Shown: positions 48,401 through 62,400 of the stretch, in pieces
Layout: each line of letters opens with the position of its first letter
Numbering within the stretch: the first letter of the stretch is position 1
DNA from: Owenia fusiformis
Taxonomy: Eukaryota
Direction of reading: 5' to 3'
Length of the DNA stretch: 64,000 nucleotides
NCBI GenBank assembly: GCA_903813345.2
Contig: CAIIXF020000001.1
Coordinates: 43,834,001 to 43,898,000 of the forward strand
Translations under genes and position numbers: made by a program
Notes under the pieces: model-generated
The model's database searches: none
Told to the model about the DNA's origin: nothing
The model's input: the letters and a program-made list of their open reading frames with translations, nothing else

Positions 48401-51400
48401 AATTTCAATTACAGGGACAACATACACTGTGAGTTGACAACGTACATTTCTGATTTTTTAAATTATACCAAATGTATGAATATTTATTAAATCTTAACCC
48501 GTCTTTAATTGTGCAGTTTAGAGAAACACATTCTCATTAAAATATTTGACACTCTGAGACGTCAGGGGAGAAAATTATCAAAGGAAATGTGTAAAAAACA
48601 ACATTTTTCCAACCGAACAATTGTATGGGTAGACGTACAACGAAAAAAATCGAGCACTGCTCGAAGATCTTTTAACGTAATTAGAAAAATAAATGTCTTT
48701 GAAATCGAATACACGCGAAATCAAACAGGAAATCCTTTTTGTATTCCTCAAATTTATTTTTGAAAACCTGCATCAAACCTACATCATAGTCTTTGCTTAA
48801 AATCAGTTAAAAGTGACATAGTACATCAAAAGTGTACTACGGCATATTTTGTCACGGTCACGTGACTGTACCTTGTCGATGGTTAGGCGTGATGTATACA
48901 CTACAAATATTACATTAATAACTAGAAAATGTGATCTGAAAAATATTAGAAACTACAAAACATACTGGTGACACATAATCAATAAATTAAAACTTAATTG
49001 TGAAGTTATAAAAGAGATATAATTTATAGAAATCAATTATTTAGCAAACATAACATAGATTGAGTATAAAGATATCAAAGAGACATGCCTGGGGGTGGAC
49101 CTGATGCTCCCATGCCTGGGGGTCCCTGGCCCATGGGTGGTGGAGGGGGAGGTGCAGCACCAATGCCTGGGGGTTGATGTGCAGGAGGAGCATCTGCAAA
49201 CAGCTGATGGGGTCTGTCAGCCTGAGATAATGGATTCTGCGCAGCAAGTAACCTCTCTAAAATAAAACGGTTATATTGTGATGTAACAGTCATATTATAC
49301 ATTCCCTACATCTACGTGTACAATCTGAACACTTAAAAATTGATGGAAACCATAACTAGCTCTGGACATAAGTGACTTTGAGAAAATGTGAAACCAAAAC
49401 TGATGTTTTGTATATGGCAAAGTATCCCATCCTGGTTTATTTATAAATTGACATATGAATTCTTCAATCAATTGTGGTCAGAATTGTGATGAATCTTACA
49501 GTATATTTACAGTAGATCTAGAATAATTAAATGACAAAATATAAAATATTCGATAAGCCATTTCACAGCAAATACAGAGAATATGCATACCTGCAGCGGA
49601 CCCGTGTCTCTCTCCTTTGCTGTCTTTTTTAAATGCATATGAGATTGATATAGCTCTGTTACATAAATATTGTCCATTCATGGCTTCTATGGCAGCATCT
49701 GATGTTTCAAAACTTGCAAAGTTAATAAAAGCAAATCCTTTACTGTTACCAGTGTCTGGGTCTCTCATAATCTGCAAAGGAAATCATTTTGTGTTTGAAA
49801 TTTATCTTGAAGGCACCAATTTGTTTTCTTTCTTGATACATGTTATATTAGCAATAACTATATGTACAGTGAGTTTATTTCTTCACTTCCTGTAACAATT
49901 ATGAGAATTTATGTATCCTCTTACAACGCACAATTAATATTACATGAAGATTCTTACATAATTTTATTCATAATATCAATAGATATCTATTAAAATAATG
50001 ATGGGACTTGATACATGTGACCACCTCACCATCAAATTGTTGCTTTGACAAAAAGTTGAACTTACTTTTGGAGTTTGTAATATCACACCAAAGGCGCTAA
50101 ATGTGTCATACAGTAATTTTTCATCCACTTCAGGATCGAGATTTCCAATAAATATATTTGCTCCGACATCAAGATTTTTCTGATGAGCTGATGCCTGCAA
50201 TTGGAATTGCGAACATGGATTAATAATCATACATGTAATAAAGAACATAAAAAACAGCAGAGAGAGAACTGTGTATATGAAACACCTTCAACAATGGCCA
50301 AAATAATTCTTTGTAGACAGACACAATCATGCTCAGTATAAAGTGTTTTCAGGCAGCAGGCCTGTTTTCTAATTCTCAAGTGAGTGCTCCCCTTGTTTCA
50401 AAGCTGCACCGACCCCTACACAATAGTAAAAATGACCTACTGGTATGTTCAACTTACAGACTACACATACCTTATTTACACGAACTGGTTTTCCATATAA
50501 TTTTATCATATTCATGATTTTTATGGCATAATCTGCATCTTCTTCACCAAGGAACTCAACAAAGCCATATCCTTGATGAGACTGAGTCACACGGTCTTTA
50601 GGCATATGGACATTCACTGGAATTAAATGACAAAAGCATATAACTTTAAAATCATGCTTATGCTTCAACAATGACACCATAATTAGTAAGGAACAGTTCT
50701 TACTCAAAAAGATTACTTCCAACTGAACTGTCTACACTTTATCATAGCTAGACATATAATGTTTCAGAAGAGGGATCCTTGTACACTCACCAACAGGTCC
50801 TGCCTGTAAGAACAGCTCCCATAATATAGCTTCTGATACCTTGTCATCAAGACCTCCAACATACACAGTGGCATCTGCAATTATAAGAAATAATTATCAT
50901 ATATTATAATAAAAAATCTTCATGAAAGGAAGATCTATAGTAAATGCAACAGACCTTTTTACATTAAAGTAATGCAATACATTGTACTCCTGCAATTGTC
51001 AATTTTCCTTTAAGAAATGCTGGACCTCTATCAAACACATTTTTAAGTTCCATTACACCAAACACTTTAGAAGGGGGTGTCTCTGAATTTATTATTAGAA
51101 GCAGATTTGCATGGGGTAATACATGGCATTCTCCTTGGCCAGAACAGCAATAGAAACTCACAAAAGAAAACAAAATGTTCTCATTCTGCCTTGAAACTGG
51201 AAGTAGGATGTGCTTCAATCAAAGTTAAAAAATAAACATTAAAAGGAACATTACAAGTGTGATAGTCTATGGAAAATACATGCATATTTTAAATGCAACC
51301 TATTACAGTCTATTTCACTTACATGTTACACCAAAAGCAATCAAAAGGCCACAGTTCAGTATCAAATAGACAAATACATTCATATTTTACACAAAAAATA

Positions 51401-52688
51401 TTGTTTTTTGGATTGCTTGTGATTTGGCTGAAATTACCCCCATAAATATGGGGTCGAATTGGCGTTTTTTCTTATTTTTTAATATTCTAGTGCCAATTCT
51501 CCCCCACACTTAAAACCCATTCCTTATCGTGTACCTGGGTACCTTGGTAATTCAAGTAGAAAATCCAAACATAAATAGGCAGTTTCCTTACCTCTTCTCT
51601 TGACTTTTTTGACAAAACACCTTCCCCGAAGTTATTAATGATTAATGTATGTAAATGATGCTATGTATCGGCAACTATTCAGATTAATGTGTGAGCCTCC
51701 AATTTTTGTGAGATTTTTGAAATCTGAACTAGTTTCTACTGCATTGTGGGATTACTGAGTTCCGGTCTGAAGCTGGGTAAATGTAAAACTTTTGATGGCA
51801 AAACGAAATTACCTTGTGATATTTACAGAAAATGGCCATGTCAAAAATATGCAAGGCAGGGGTAAATTTGTATTTGCTTTTGATAATTTCAAATATTCCC
51901 TCCATTTTACTTTTCGATTATTTGTGATTTCGTTTTTCGTTTTGTTACACATTTCGATATGTAATACGCTACTGCGCATGCTCAAAAATTAAAAATGGAA
52001 AAATTATCTTGTTATCCGTAATAAATCTTCGATAAAAGACTAAATACTTGAGGCTACAAATAGTATCATATTGATGAAGAATCATTTGTGGAAACGAATA
52101 TCGTAAAAACGTGAGTAATACCTAATTATTTATCAATAATTTCAACTTTCTTTCAACTTGCTTTGAAATTCCTCCGAGATACACGATAAGGAATAGGTTT
52201 CAAGTGTGGGGGAGAATTGGCACAAGAATGATAAAATATAAGAAAAAACGCCAATTCGACCCCACATTTATGGGGGTAGCTGAAATATACAAACATTTTG
52301 CATGTAAAACGTAAATGGATTTTCCATTTGATACTGGACCTTTTGACTGCTTATTTTTCAAGTTTTGTGTATTGGTGAACAACCTAAGTGAAATGGACTG
52401 TATAATATATAATTCATCTCTATACATAGCCAAGTTCAAAAACGTTTGAATAACGTTTAGATCTGCCTGTTCATATTTTCGAAGACCAAAAATAAGAGCA
52501 CATTTTTTTTATAAACGGAGTATAAACCTATTTATCATCGTATACGATCTACATAAACACACAAGCGGCAACCCATGATTATATTGTATCCGTCTTGCAA
52601 TTATCTAACTCATCTATTGAATGAATAATATAGAAATCACGAATAATAGTGTACCTTGATTTCTTTCGGCTATCGGGCCGGCCGCCAT
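45414..52688 (-). CDS. SF3B4: Splicing factor 3B subunit 4 (SAP49): two RRMs and a proline-rich tail
   Basis: Exons 52688-52655, 50874-50791, 50616-50471, 50194-50066, 49771-49591, 49256-49089, 46654-46514, 46254-46105, 45878-45753, 45559-45414. Translation includes [55 protein letters not shown] and [16 protein letters not shown]. Intron 6 probably uses a GC donor. Confidence 0.96.
46699..48891. mobile_element. ~2.2-kb non-autonomous TIR DNA transposon in SF3B4 intron 6
   Basis: ~72-bp near-perfect TIR cacgcctaaccatcgacaaggtacagtcacgtgac...; ATGTAT is duplicated on both flanks (46693-46698, 48892-48897). Confidence 0.85.
47431..48064. mobile_element. Tc1/mariner-like MITE nested inside the 46699-48891 element
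   Basis: ta|cagtgtcccaaagtatg...ctaggcagacatataccaatgtctccatagtatgtgtcatatatcatttt is inverted at ~47988-48064. Confidence 0.75.
51435..52278. mobile_element. hAT-like MITE in SF3B4 intron 1
   Basis: ~100-bp TIR tacccccataaat.tggggtcgaattggcgtttttt with a perfect 8-bp target-site duplication GCTGAAAT (51427-51434, 52279-52286). Confidence 0.85.
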
Positions 52689-53074
52689 TTTAACTGTAGT
52701 TAATTTATGAACAACTAATGATTTGTATTGCAATATTATCCGTATATTTATTGGCAAATGATATCAATACAAAAGAACCATTTTATAAATTAATTAATTA
52801 GATAATCTTTTTCAATCTTTCCAATATTTTTTGTGGATGTTTTTTCTAATTTCATGGTCATTTGAATGTTGAGGCGTTGTCGAACCAGTGTCGAACAAAG
52901 AAAATCAAAGGCAGATGAAAGGAACGTTCGCTTTTTCAAAGAATATATTTTACGACAAGATCGTCCGTCAGTCGTTTGGCGTGACGTCATTTTTATAAAA
53001 TACAACAAATTAAATTTGAAGTATCTCACTTTTTAAGTCGCTCCTAGTATCCTAGATAGAGTTTTCATATTATA
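52689..53074. promoter_or_regulatory. Putative bidirectional promoter of SF3B4 / PLEKHJ1
   Basis: Relatively CpG-rich. It contains the CRE palindrome TGACGTCA at 52982-52989, and a YY1-type AAATGGCGGC motif overlaps the SF3B4 ATG. Confidence 0.5.
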
Positions 53075-56000
53075 CTCCAGTAAAAACACGAAAAATAAAT
53101 GAAAAAATTGCAACACTTATTAAACCTAGTGCAACAAATGCATATTGATGAGTTTAAAGACATATCAAAAATCTAGAAAAATCTAAGTAGTGGAAGACAT
53201 GTAAAAATCACTATTTGTACCCCCTGGTCTTATTTTATGAGGGGGTACTGTGTTAAGCATTTATATCTTCTGTTGGGTGCCTCCAATCACATTCAAATTT
53301 TCAGGGATTATGCATCCATATATAGTTAGTTGTCATGAAAAGACTGATCTTGATTGGTCAATTGGTTACCATGGCAACATAACTTAATTGCAAAATATTG
53401 TAAATATTAAGGATAAATCTACCGTTTCCCTACAAACAGATCGTAGTTTGTCATTTTTAATTTTTCAAAAGGAACACAAACTTGAGCGTTATACATATTG
53501 AAGGAATTTACAACAAGATAACATGATAAATAGGTTAATAGGATGACATATTTGGCTCATGTTTGATAACTACTGCTCAATTTACCACAAAGTGGGCGTG
53601 GCACTTTTTGTTGTTATTACAATTCCAAATAATTTCATGTTGACAGAATCATATTTACAAGGGTCATTAATACATATGTAATTATCTGGAATGGTGAGTC
53701 CAAATATCTTTTGTCAATTGGTTGCCATAGTAACACAACATATTGTATGTGAATGTGAATCGTGGGTAGAGGTCATTTCAGGCAATCCTTGTTAATCTTA
53801 ATTGTTTATTACATTCATCCTTAATAACTGTTTTAGTGTATGATCTTTTTTAACAAATACAGGTTTGGATAATATTGATATGCGTTTGCTATGGTAACAC
53901 AACTAATAATGCTGTTTCTTGAATTACTGCACTGTTTGTTCGTCTGCCCGCCCATCTGTCTAAGCATTTCCTGACCTATTAATTAATCACAGATTGGTGT
54001 TATATGTGACAAAATGGTGATTCTTGACATCTTAGACTCAAGAAGATATACCAACTTAGACCCTGTACGCTGTATCAATCTTAGATTATGGATATTCTAC
54101 CCATTGTAGACTTTGGAGGATGTACCCATTAAACACTAGAGTCTACAACCTCTAAGACTCTAGAGGCTGTACCATCTTATATCTATTTATTAATCACATA
54201 TTTATGTTATATGTGGCAAAATTGTTATTCTTGACATCTTAGACTCTAGAAGATTTATCAACTTAGACTATATAGGCTGTATCAATCCTAGATTATGGAT
54301 GCTGTACCCATTAAACACTAGAAGCTCTGGAGGCTATACTCATTGTAGACTCTTGGAGGCCGTACCCATTGTTAACTCTGCATCTGGAAGATGTACCATC
54401 TTCTCTCGAAGGCTGTTCCAAGAACTCATCAAAGGTTCTGGAGGCTATACCATTTTTGACTCTGGAGACTATACCCATTGAAGACTCTGGAGGCGATATC
54501 ATCCTAGTCTCTAGGAGGCTGTACCCATTGTAGACTATGGAGGCTATTCCATATTAGGCTCTTGGAGGCTATACCATCTCAGACTCTTGTAGGTTGTACT
54601 ATCTTAGACTCTTGGAGGCTGTACCTATCTTTGACTCTTGACTTTCATAGAAATCATAGACTATTGTGGCTGTACTATCTTTGGCCCTAGAGGCTGAATC
54701 CAAATTAAACTCTGAAGCTATGCCATATTGGTCTCTGGAGGTTGAATTCATATTATACTCTGGATGTTGTACCATATTAGACGCTATGGGCTGTATCAAT
54801 TTTAAATTATAGAGGATGGGTCATCTTAGACTCTCGGAATTGAAGGTTGTAGCCATTATAGAAGTAGATGTACCCATTAAACTCCTGAGGCCATATTAGA
54901 CTCTAATTGTTAATATTAGTCGTAGGCTATACCATTTTCAACTTTGGAGGCTGAACCATTTTAGGCTCTGAAGGCTGTACCATCTTAGATTCTGGAAACT
55001 GGTCCTATGTTATATCGAGAGGCTGTACCATCTAAGGGTTGGAGGCTGTACATGTTAGACTCTTGGAGGCTGTACTTATCATAGGCTGAAGGATCTACCA
55101 TCTTGGGCTCTGGAGACTGAACCCATGCTATATCTGGAAGCTGTACCATCTTAGACTCGTGGAAACTGTGCCTATCTTAGCCTCTGGATGCTATAGCAAT
55201 CATAGCCTCTGAAGCTGTATCATCTTAGACTCTGGAGACTGATTCCATGTTATATCTGGAGGCTGTACCATCTCAGACTCATGGAGGCTGTACCATCTTA
55301 GACTCATGGAGGCTGTACCCATCCTAGGCTCTGAATGCTATAGCAATCATAGCCTCTGGAGACTGATCCCATGTTATATCTGGAGGCTGTACCATCTAAG
55401 GGTCTGGAGGCTATACCATCTTAGACTTATGGAGGCTGTACTGATTCTAGGCTCTGACTACTATAGCAATCTTAGATTCTGAATGTTATATCATCTTGGA
55501 CTCTGGATGCTGAATACATATACTACTTGAGGCTGTATCATATTAGATTCTTGAGACTGCATTAATTTTATACTCTTGAGGCTGTATCATCTATATACTC
55601 TGGAGGCTGAACCAACTTAGGCTTTTCTGAACTATTCTATAGTCTCAGGTTCTACCATATTAGACTATTGGATGACATGTTCTTGGTATTGAAGGACACC
55701 ATATACACTGGGGGTTGAATCACATTCTATGTTATACGTTTTTTCAGAACATTATGCACTACACTATTTGCGTTTATTATGCTCTGTGTTACTATGGCAA
55801 CCCCTTGACCAATCATGTAAAGACTCACCATATTAAAGAATAACATCCGTATCCATGAGCCCTATAAATATATCTTTGACTGATTTTGTAAAAATAACTG
55901 TTTTAGGACATTATCACTGAAAAGTGCCACGCCAACTTTTGAGTAGATAGAGAGGTAGTCACCTAATAGAATAGAGTTCAGGGTCAAAGATATCATATAA

Positions 56001-56475
56001 TTTATCACATTTATCATCTTATCTTATTAAACACTCCTCAAATATGTTTTTAGGGTAGTTTAATGTTCATTTCCAAATGATTTGAAGAGAAATGGCAACA
56101 TCTGTTATTAAAAGAAGCTTCAGATTTACCTGAAATATTTAAGATTTTGAGCAATGAAATTGCGTTGCTATGGTAACCAATTGACCAATCAATTTCAAAA
56201 TTGTCGTGACAACTCACTATATATAGGCGCCTGATCCCTGAAAATGTTATAGTGATTTGAGTTATGTAACAGAAATTATTAATGATTATCATATTACCCC
56301 CTCATGAAATTATCCCAAGGGGTATAAATGGTGATTTTAAGGTCTTCCACCACTTAGATTTTTCTAGATTTTTGATATGTTGTTTTACTTACCAATGGCT
56401 ATTGATTACACTAGGTTTACTCTGTGTTGCAATTTTTTCATTTATTTGTGAAAATTTACAACGATTTTACTGGAG
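53075..56475. mobile_element. 3.4-kb foldback-type element with ~670-bp diverged inverted arms and an internal minisatellite
   Basis: ta|ctccagtaaaa ... ttttactggag|ta. The arms 53075-~53740 and ~55785-56475 are collinear reverse complements. A solo copy of the same terminus occurs at ~35455-35572. Confidence 0.75.
54050..55680. repeat. Degenerate ~21-22-bp minisatellite array
   Basis: Dozens of variants of gactctggaggctgtaccatctta. Confidence 0.85.
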
Positions 56476-56487
56476 TATTATTAAAAT

Positions 56488-59400
56488 ATGCGATTTAATG
56501 AAAAGGATATACGATTTTTTGCGAAGTCAAGAAAAGCTGATAAGGAAGGTCGCCTAAGCTACAAAACTCAAAAGGAAAGTAAGTGTCACATATTACAATT
56601 CCATGTGCAGTTGGGGACAAAAATAAATGACAGGTCGATTTTCGATCACCATTTCCTAATTATGGTCGTCTGAAAGCCCATAATTTCCAATATTGTCTAG
56701 ATACATATCCCTTAAAATTTGTATATTTCACATTTTGTATTATCTCATCCACTGATGTATGGCCTCTTGAAAATTCTCTTATTTTTAACATGGGAAATTC
56801 TCACTTCAGCAAATCCACCTGTCATTTATTTATGTCCCGAACTGTACTTATCCCGTGCCAGGACTATAGTCCTGGACTGAGCCCAATCTTTTGCCTTTAC
56901 GATTACAACTTGGGAGAATTATCTTCGCCCCTTACACTTAAGATACTTTCAATAGATTTCTTGGTATTTTAGCATTCTTTTCGTGTAGAATCCACAATTG
57001 TCAAGATGGCGGTTGGATTTAAAAGGGGTTTCCCCGTTTGTCTGGCCCGGAATTGGCCTGGAAGTACCAATAAATGGAAGAATTTGACGGTTTATATAAG
57101 CAAATATTGCGATCAAAAACGAAAATTTCTTCGTTCTGCCACTGAACAAAAATAATGTCAACATTGAAATCCCCTGGAATTTCCTTGGAATTTCGCGAAT
57201 TAGAACTGTAGGAATTTTGTGACTATTATATTTTGCGAATTTTCCAAAACTTGCGAAAAGTGCGAAATATAGTAGCGCGCGAAAATTACCGGGCATACAG
57301 TATAGAGCAAATTTGTTACATCTTGCTAAGAATTTGAGTTTTGATCCTTAAAAGTCATTTTTTGTTTCAAGTAGTTCTCTAAATAAGTGTGTTTCTTGAT
57401 TTTTGAATAAAATTCTAAGGAGCTGTACTCCTTAATACTAGAGTGAAACTCATTAACGTATTCATCCTTGCAAATAGGCAAATAGTTATCATACCAATCA
57501 CAATCTCTTCTATAAATTACATCATCAAGACCTCGCTTACACAGTAGTTCTTTAACGGCCCTTTAACATTAGATACATACTTCCATGAAGCTTCATTATC
57601 TTGTTCAAAGCACTTCCTGAGTGTGCATAATATTTTGTGTGAGAGGAAAGTCTTACTGGCTTGAGGCTTTGCACATAAAATAATCAATAAAACGTTTTCA
57701 TAAATCCCACGTATAGGGCTTCAACAAAGATCTCAAATCAAGGCTGAGTGGGCAGGTTTGCATTATAATTGAAGTACTGCTTGAGCTGCTCTATATTGGA
57801 TAGACTTAAGGGTTTTATTTGATTCTTTCCTTAAGGTAGACCATATTGAGCAGCTGTGAAGTATCGCTGGTTCGAGCATTGACTTGTATATAGTGTTTCC
57901 AAATTCAATTCGATTGACATTGCAATGTTTTGTAAGAGTTGCTGAGGTACAGTATAATTATACATTTTACGTGCCTTTTCCTTCACAAAATTATTAATAT
58001 GATGTGAGTTTCTTTTTTTACGGTCAATTTGCTTTCTTATCACCATAATTTTTGGGTTTTTTTCTGCTGAATTTAAAGCCCCATTTAAATTCACAGTTTG
58101 GAGAAGAATTTTCAAATCATATTCATCTTTTCCCAAGAGAACAATGTCATCCGCGAATAGCAAACATGGAATACGCTCCTTATCAAGATTAACACTGAGA
58201 TTAGTTTTCATCAGGCTGTTTTTTTGGTCTGTCATCACAATTGAAAAGAGAGTTGGAGAGAGAATGCACCCTTGCTTGACACCAACATCAGATTCAAACC
58301 AGTCTTTGCAAAAATTGCAAATCATCCAAACTTTTAAATAAAGGTCAAGACATGATATGCATGAATGTTGTACAAACTTTTTTCTTCAAAAGAAGGAACT
58401 CTATATAATTCCTATTTGATACATTCTCTTAACAAATATAAGGTTGTATACTGTACATATACATGTGGATGATCCATAGATTTTCGATGAATACAATTAT
58501 TTGTAATGAATAAGATATTTACAATCAAAATGTTTGACAGTTCCAATTGAAAATAGTTTAATTTTTCTTATAGGCTATAGACAGAAATGGGTAAGACTGC
58601 AAGGGAACATGCTATTCTACTATAGATTAAATGATAAAGGAATGCTATCAGATTCAGAGGTAAGATCAAAAGCTTAATTTCTGGTCTATCTGTTGTGATT
58701 ACAGAGTGGACCAAAATGGTCGCTTTGTAAGAGGCCAAGTACTATACCTAAACATTGATTGTACAATGTCAGTATAATACAATCTTACGCATACATGTGC
58801 ATTGTAAATACCGTGTACATGAATTGCAAGGGATACATAGACTGTATATTATGTAAAAATCAATGTCACATTTTATCATGAATAGAACCTTAATAAGCAA
58901 TGTTTAGACAGCATTCTTAAAGTCTCTCAAAATGTATTAAGACTTTGATCCAACCTTTAGTTGAAGTCATTCAGTGCCTATCTCAAAACTCTGCCTACTA
59001 ATTTCCTGGATGATTTTAATGTACATGTCTTTAGTAGTATTGTTGTTGTTCTTGTATATAATTCCTATACTTTTATGACCTTTTTGATAAAGAACAAAAT
59101 TGTTTCTTTTTAAGGTTTAGAGAGAAAATAAAAAAATGTTCAATTTCTCTCTTTTCAGCCTCAGTTTGCATTTGTCCTGGAGAGATATACAGTCAAGATA
59201 GAACAGAATGCTGACGCTCCATTTGCGTTTTCATTGTGTAAGATATAAACATTTCTATGTGATCAATTATAATACATGTTATGGGCAAAAATCACATTTT
59301 CCCTTTGATAAATTACTTAATAAATATCTACCTACATATTCTTTAAGTATTATAATTTGTTATAGATCGTTACTGTGCAGATTATAATTGAATTCATATT

Positions 59401-62400
59401 TGCTGTTTTATAACATTCTTCAGTATTTGCTGGGGATGGACCAGAACGGAAGCATATATTCAGTGGACAGACTCTACAAGCATGTCAAGAATGGGTGGAA
59501 TGTATAAAAAAGGCAAGGTAATCACTGCATCTTTATTCTGTACATTCTTTATTTTCTGGGGTTCAAATTTCAAAATTTCCAATTTTGCATACTTTCAACT
59601 GGTAAACTACAAACTGTATATGTTTGCATTTTAAAATATTTATTCCACTTCAAGTAAGTGCTTTTATGTAAATGAAAACATTTTGAAATGTACTCTTCAA
59701 GATATCCTATAGATAACATATATTATAAACAGTACAGTAAACTCGTCAGATTGGGGGTCATTTATCACATAGCACTTGTAAGGTGTTATAAATTACTTGT
59801 CAAACATCATATAACACTCCTATGTGTCTATAGGGATTGTATTAGACTTCAGATTTGATACCATTAACGCTCTGAGAATCAAGAGTGGCATTTTTCTCAT
59901 GGAGTAGTTTTCCTGAAAATACTTAAATTTATAACAAAGGGAAACATTTTGAAATAATTATGAAACTTTTTTGAATTTATAGATTTCTCTGATTTCAAGT
60001 ATGAATGTTTAAGATTTTTATCGTACCTAAAAAAAGGTACGATATTGTCGTCAGCTTAGCGGGCAGCTGGCTGCGTCTCACTTTTTTTGTCATCACGATT
60101 CCAGGAAAACCACTCTGCGGAATTACTTCAAATTTTTACACATGTTACAAGATAAGAAGTTCTAGAACTGATTAACTCGGTGGCCATCTTGCATTCTGGC
60201 TCCCATCTTGGACGTCTTTAGATTAATCTTGTCATCCTGGCCCGTAGCCATGGGGGGGGGGGGGTTCGCAGAGTTTGGGCGATCCCCCCCCCTGGCCAAA
60301 AATTCTTTCAAAATCATGCAGTTTTTCACCATTTTGAGCACTTCTCAAGTGATTTTAGCCATATTTTGGACAAAATTGTCAAATGTGAACCCCCCTGGAA
60401 AATTTTGAAAACTGAACCCCCCTTGGCAAATCCTGGCTACGGGCCTATCATAGTTATTCCAGGAAAACCACTTGAAGAATTTATTTCAAATTTTTACACA
60501 TGTTATAACATGGTAAGAAGTTCTAGAGCTAATTAACTTTTCGGCAGCCATCTTGCATTCTGGCGGCCATTTTCGAAGTTTTTAGATAGATAAATCTTGT
60601 CATCGCAATTCCAGGAAAACCACTTTAGAATTTATTTCAGATTTTACACAAGTTACATGGTAAGAAGTTCTAGAACTGATTAACTTTTCGGTGGCCATCT
60701 TGCATTCCAGCCGCCATTTTGGAGGTTTTTAGATAAATCTTGATTTATGAACTTAATGGACTTGCTTCGGAGGCCATCTTGATTTCTGGGTCAACAAGCC
60801 CACACTGCTATGTTTTAGATACGATATTGTTCACCCTGTGCTTTATTAAAACGGATATGACAAATGTTTTTCACATCAATAGAAGAATTTATTGTATACA
60901 CTGGTTGATGTTCCCCTACCCTCTCAGGACAGGCCTCATGAAAAATTGGGCTGGTACAATAAACACTGGCCTTTCATAGCTGGTAATTCTCAGATTTCTG
61001 AGTGAGTATATTAGAAATCAGACCAGGATACAGTATCTGTTTTAAGAAAAGGAAACTAAAGCACACATCAGCAAATCATGCAGAAGTGTCACTTTATTCA
61101 AATTAGCCTTTAATACAATTTACACATTTTCAGTATGGAACATCTGCAATCCTACATCTATGACCTCCAGGCAAAGATCATTAGCATCACTGGAAAGGTA
61201 AGAAATAAATGAGTAAAATTAATAAATAAGTGACATATGAAATGATTTAAAAATGAATATACAATGTCGCAATGTATCTGCATTTTTATAGGTATATTAT
61301 TGCCAGTATTGTTTTCATTGAACTAATATTGAAATGAATTGGTTATTTCATTTGTTGTATAAATGCCCCAACCAACCAATTTTTTCCAGGAAATATACCA
61401 TAGTTAGACTACATGTATATGTATAAATGTTCTATTCATTTGATATTATTAGGACCCATTGATTGAATTGAGACGGAACCCTCATAGGTTTCTAGGACGT
61501 CCAGCAACATACCATTCGGACACACAATCTAACAATACACAGATCACAACCCGGCCTGTCTCGGAGCCTGTCAATTCTAATACACCGCTACAATCAGGTA
61601 TAGCGTTGGTAGATTAAGAAGCTCTTACTCCACCCAGAAAATTTTATATTTGACATGAAATATTTCTTTTCAACTTTTAAGTCTTACTCAGATTTTCATT
61701 GGATGGCCTTTACCTAATGTATAATGTATATTTTGAATAAAATCAAAGAAAGTCTTTGAATTTTGCTTTTTTATAATGTATATTTTGAATAAAATCAAAG
61801 AAAGTCTACTTCTCTTAAGTTATTTGAATTTTGCTTTTTATCGTACCTAACAAAAGGTACGATATTGTAGTCAGCTTGACGGGCGGGCGGCGGGCAGGCG
61901 GCGTCTCACTTTTCAGCTTGTCTACAGGTTTCCAGCCAAACCATTTGAGGGATTCATCTGAAATTTTCAGGGATGTTTCTACATATCAACGTCAAGAACT
62001 GATTAGTTTTTGGGCATTTTGGGTAAATCTTAAGGTGGCCATTTTGGTTTTTCTGTCCTAAAATCTTCACTTTCAAGACTTGTCTACAGGTTTCCAGCCA
62101 AACCATCTGAGGGATTCATCTGAAATTTTTAGGGATGTTTCTACATATCAACGTCAAGAACTGATTAGTTTTTGGGCATTCTGGGTAAATCTTAAGGTGG
62201 CCATTTTGGATTTTCTGTCCTAAAATCGTCACTTTTAAGACTTGTCTACAGGTTTCCAGCCAAACCATTTGAGGGATTCATCTGAAATTTTCAGGGATGT
62301 TTCTACATATCAACGTCAAGAACTGATTAGTTTTTGGGCATTCTGGGTAAATCTTAAGGTGGCCATTTTGGATTTTCCGTCCTAAAATCTTCACTTTCAA

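Noticed and set aside
54050..55680. CRISPR-like array of short repeats
   Set aside because: The units are contiguous degenerate minisatellite copies without unique spacers, there are no cas genes, and the context is eukaryotic.
57831..58325. Functional or domesticated reverse transcriptase
   Set aside because: It is a truncated, frameshifted LINE fragment lacking the N-terminal RT motifs and the endonuclease.
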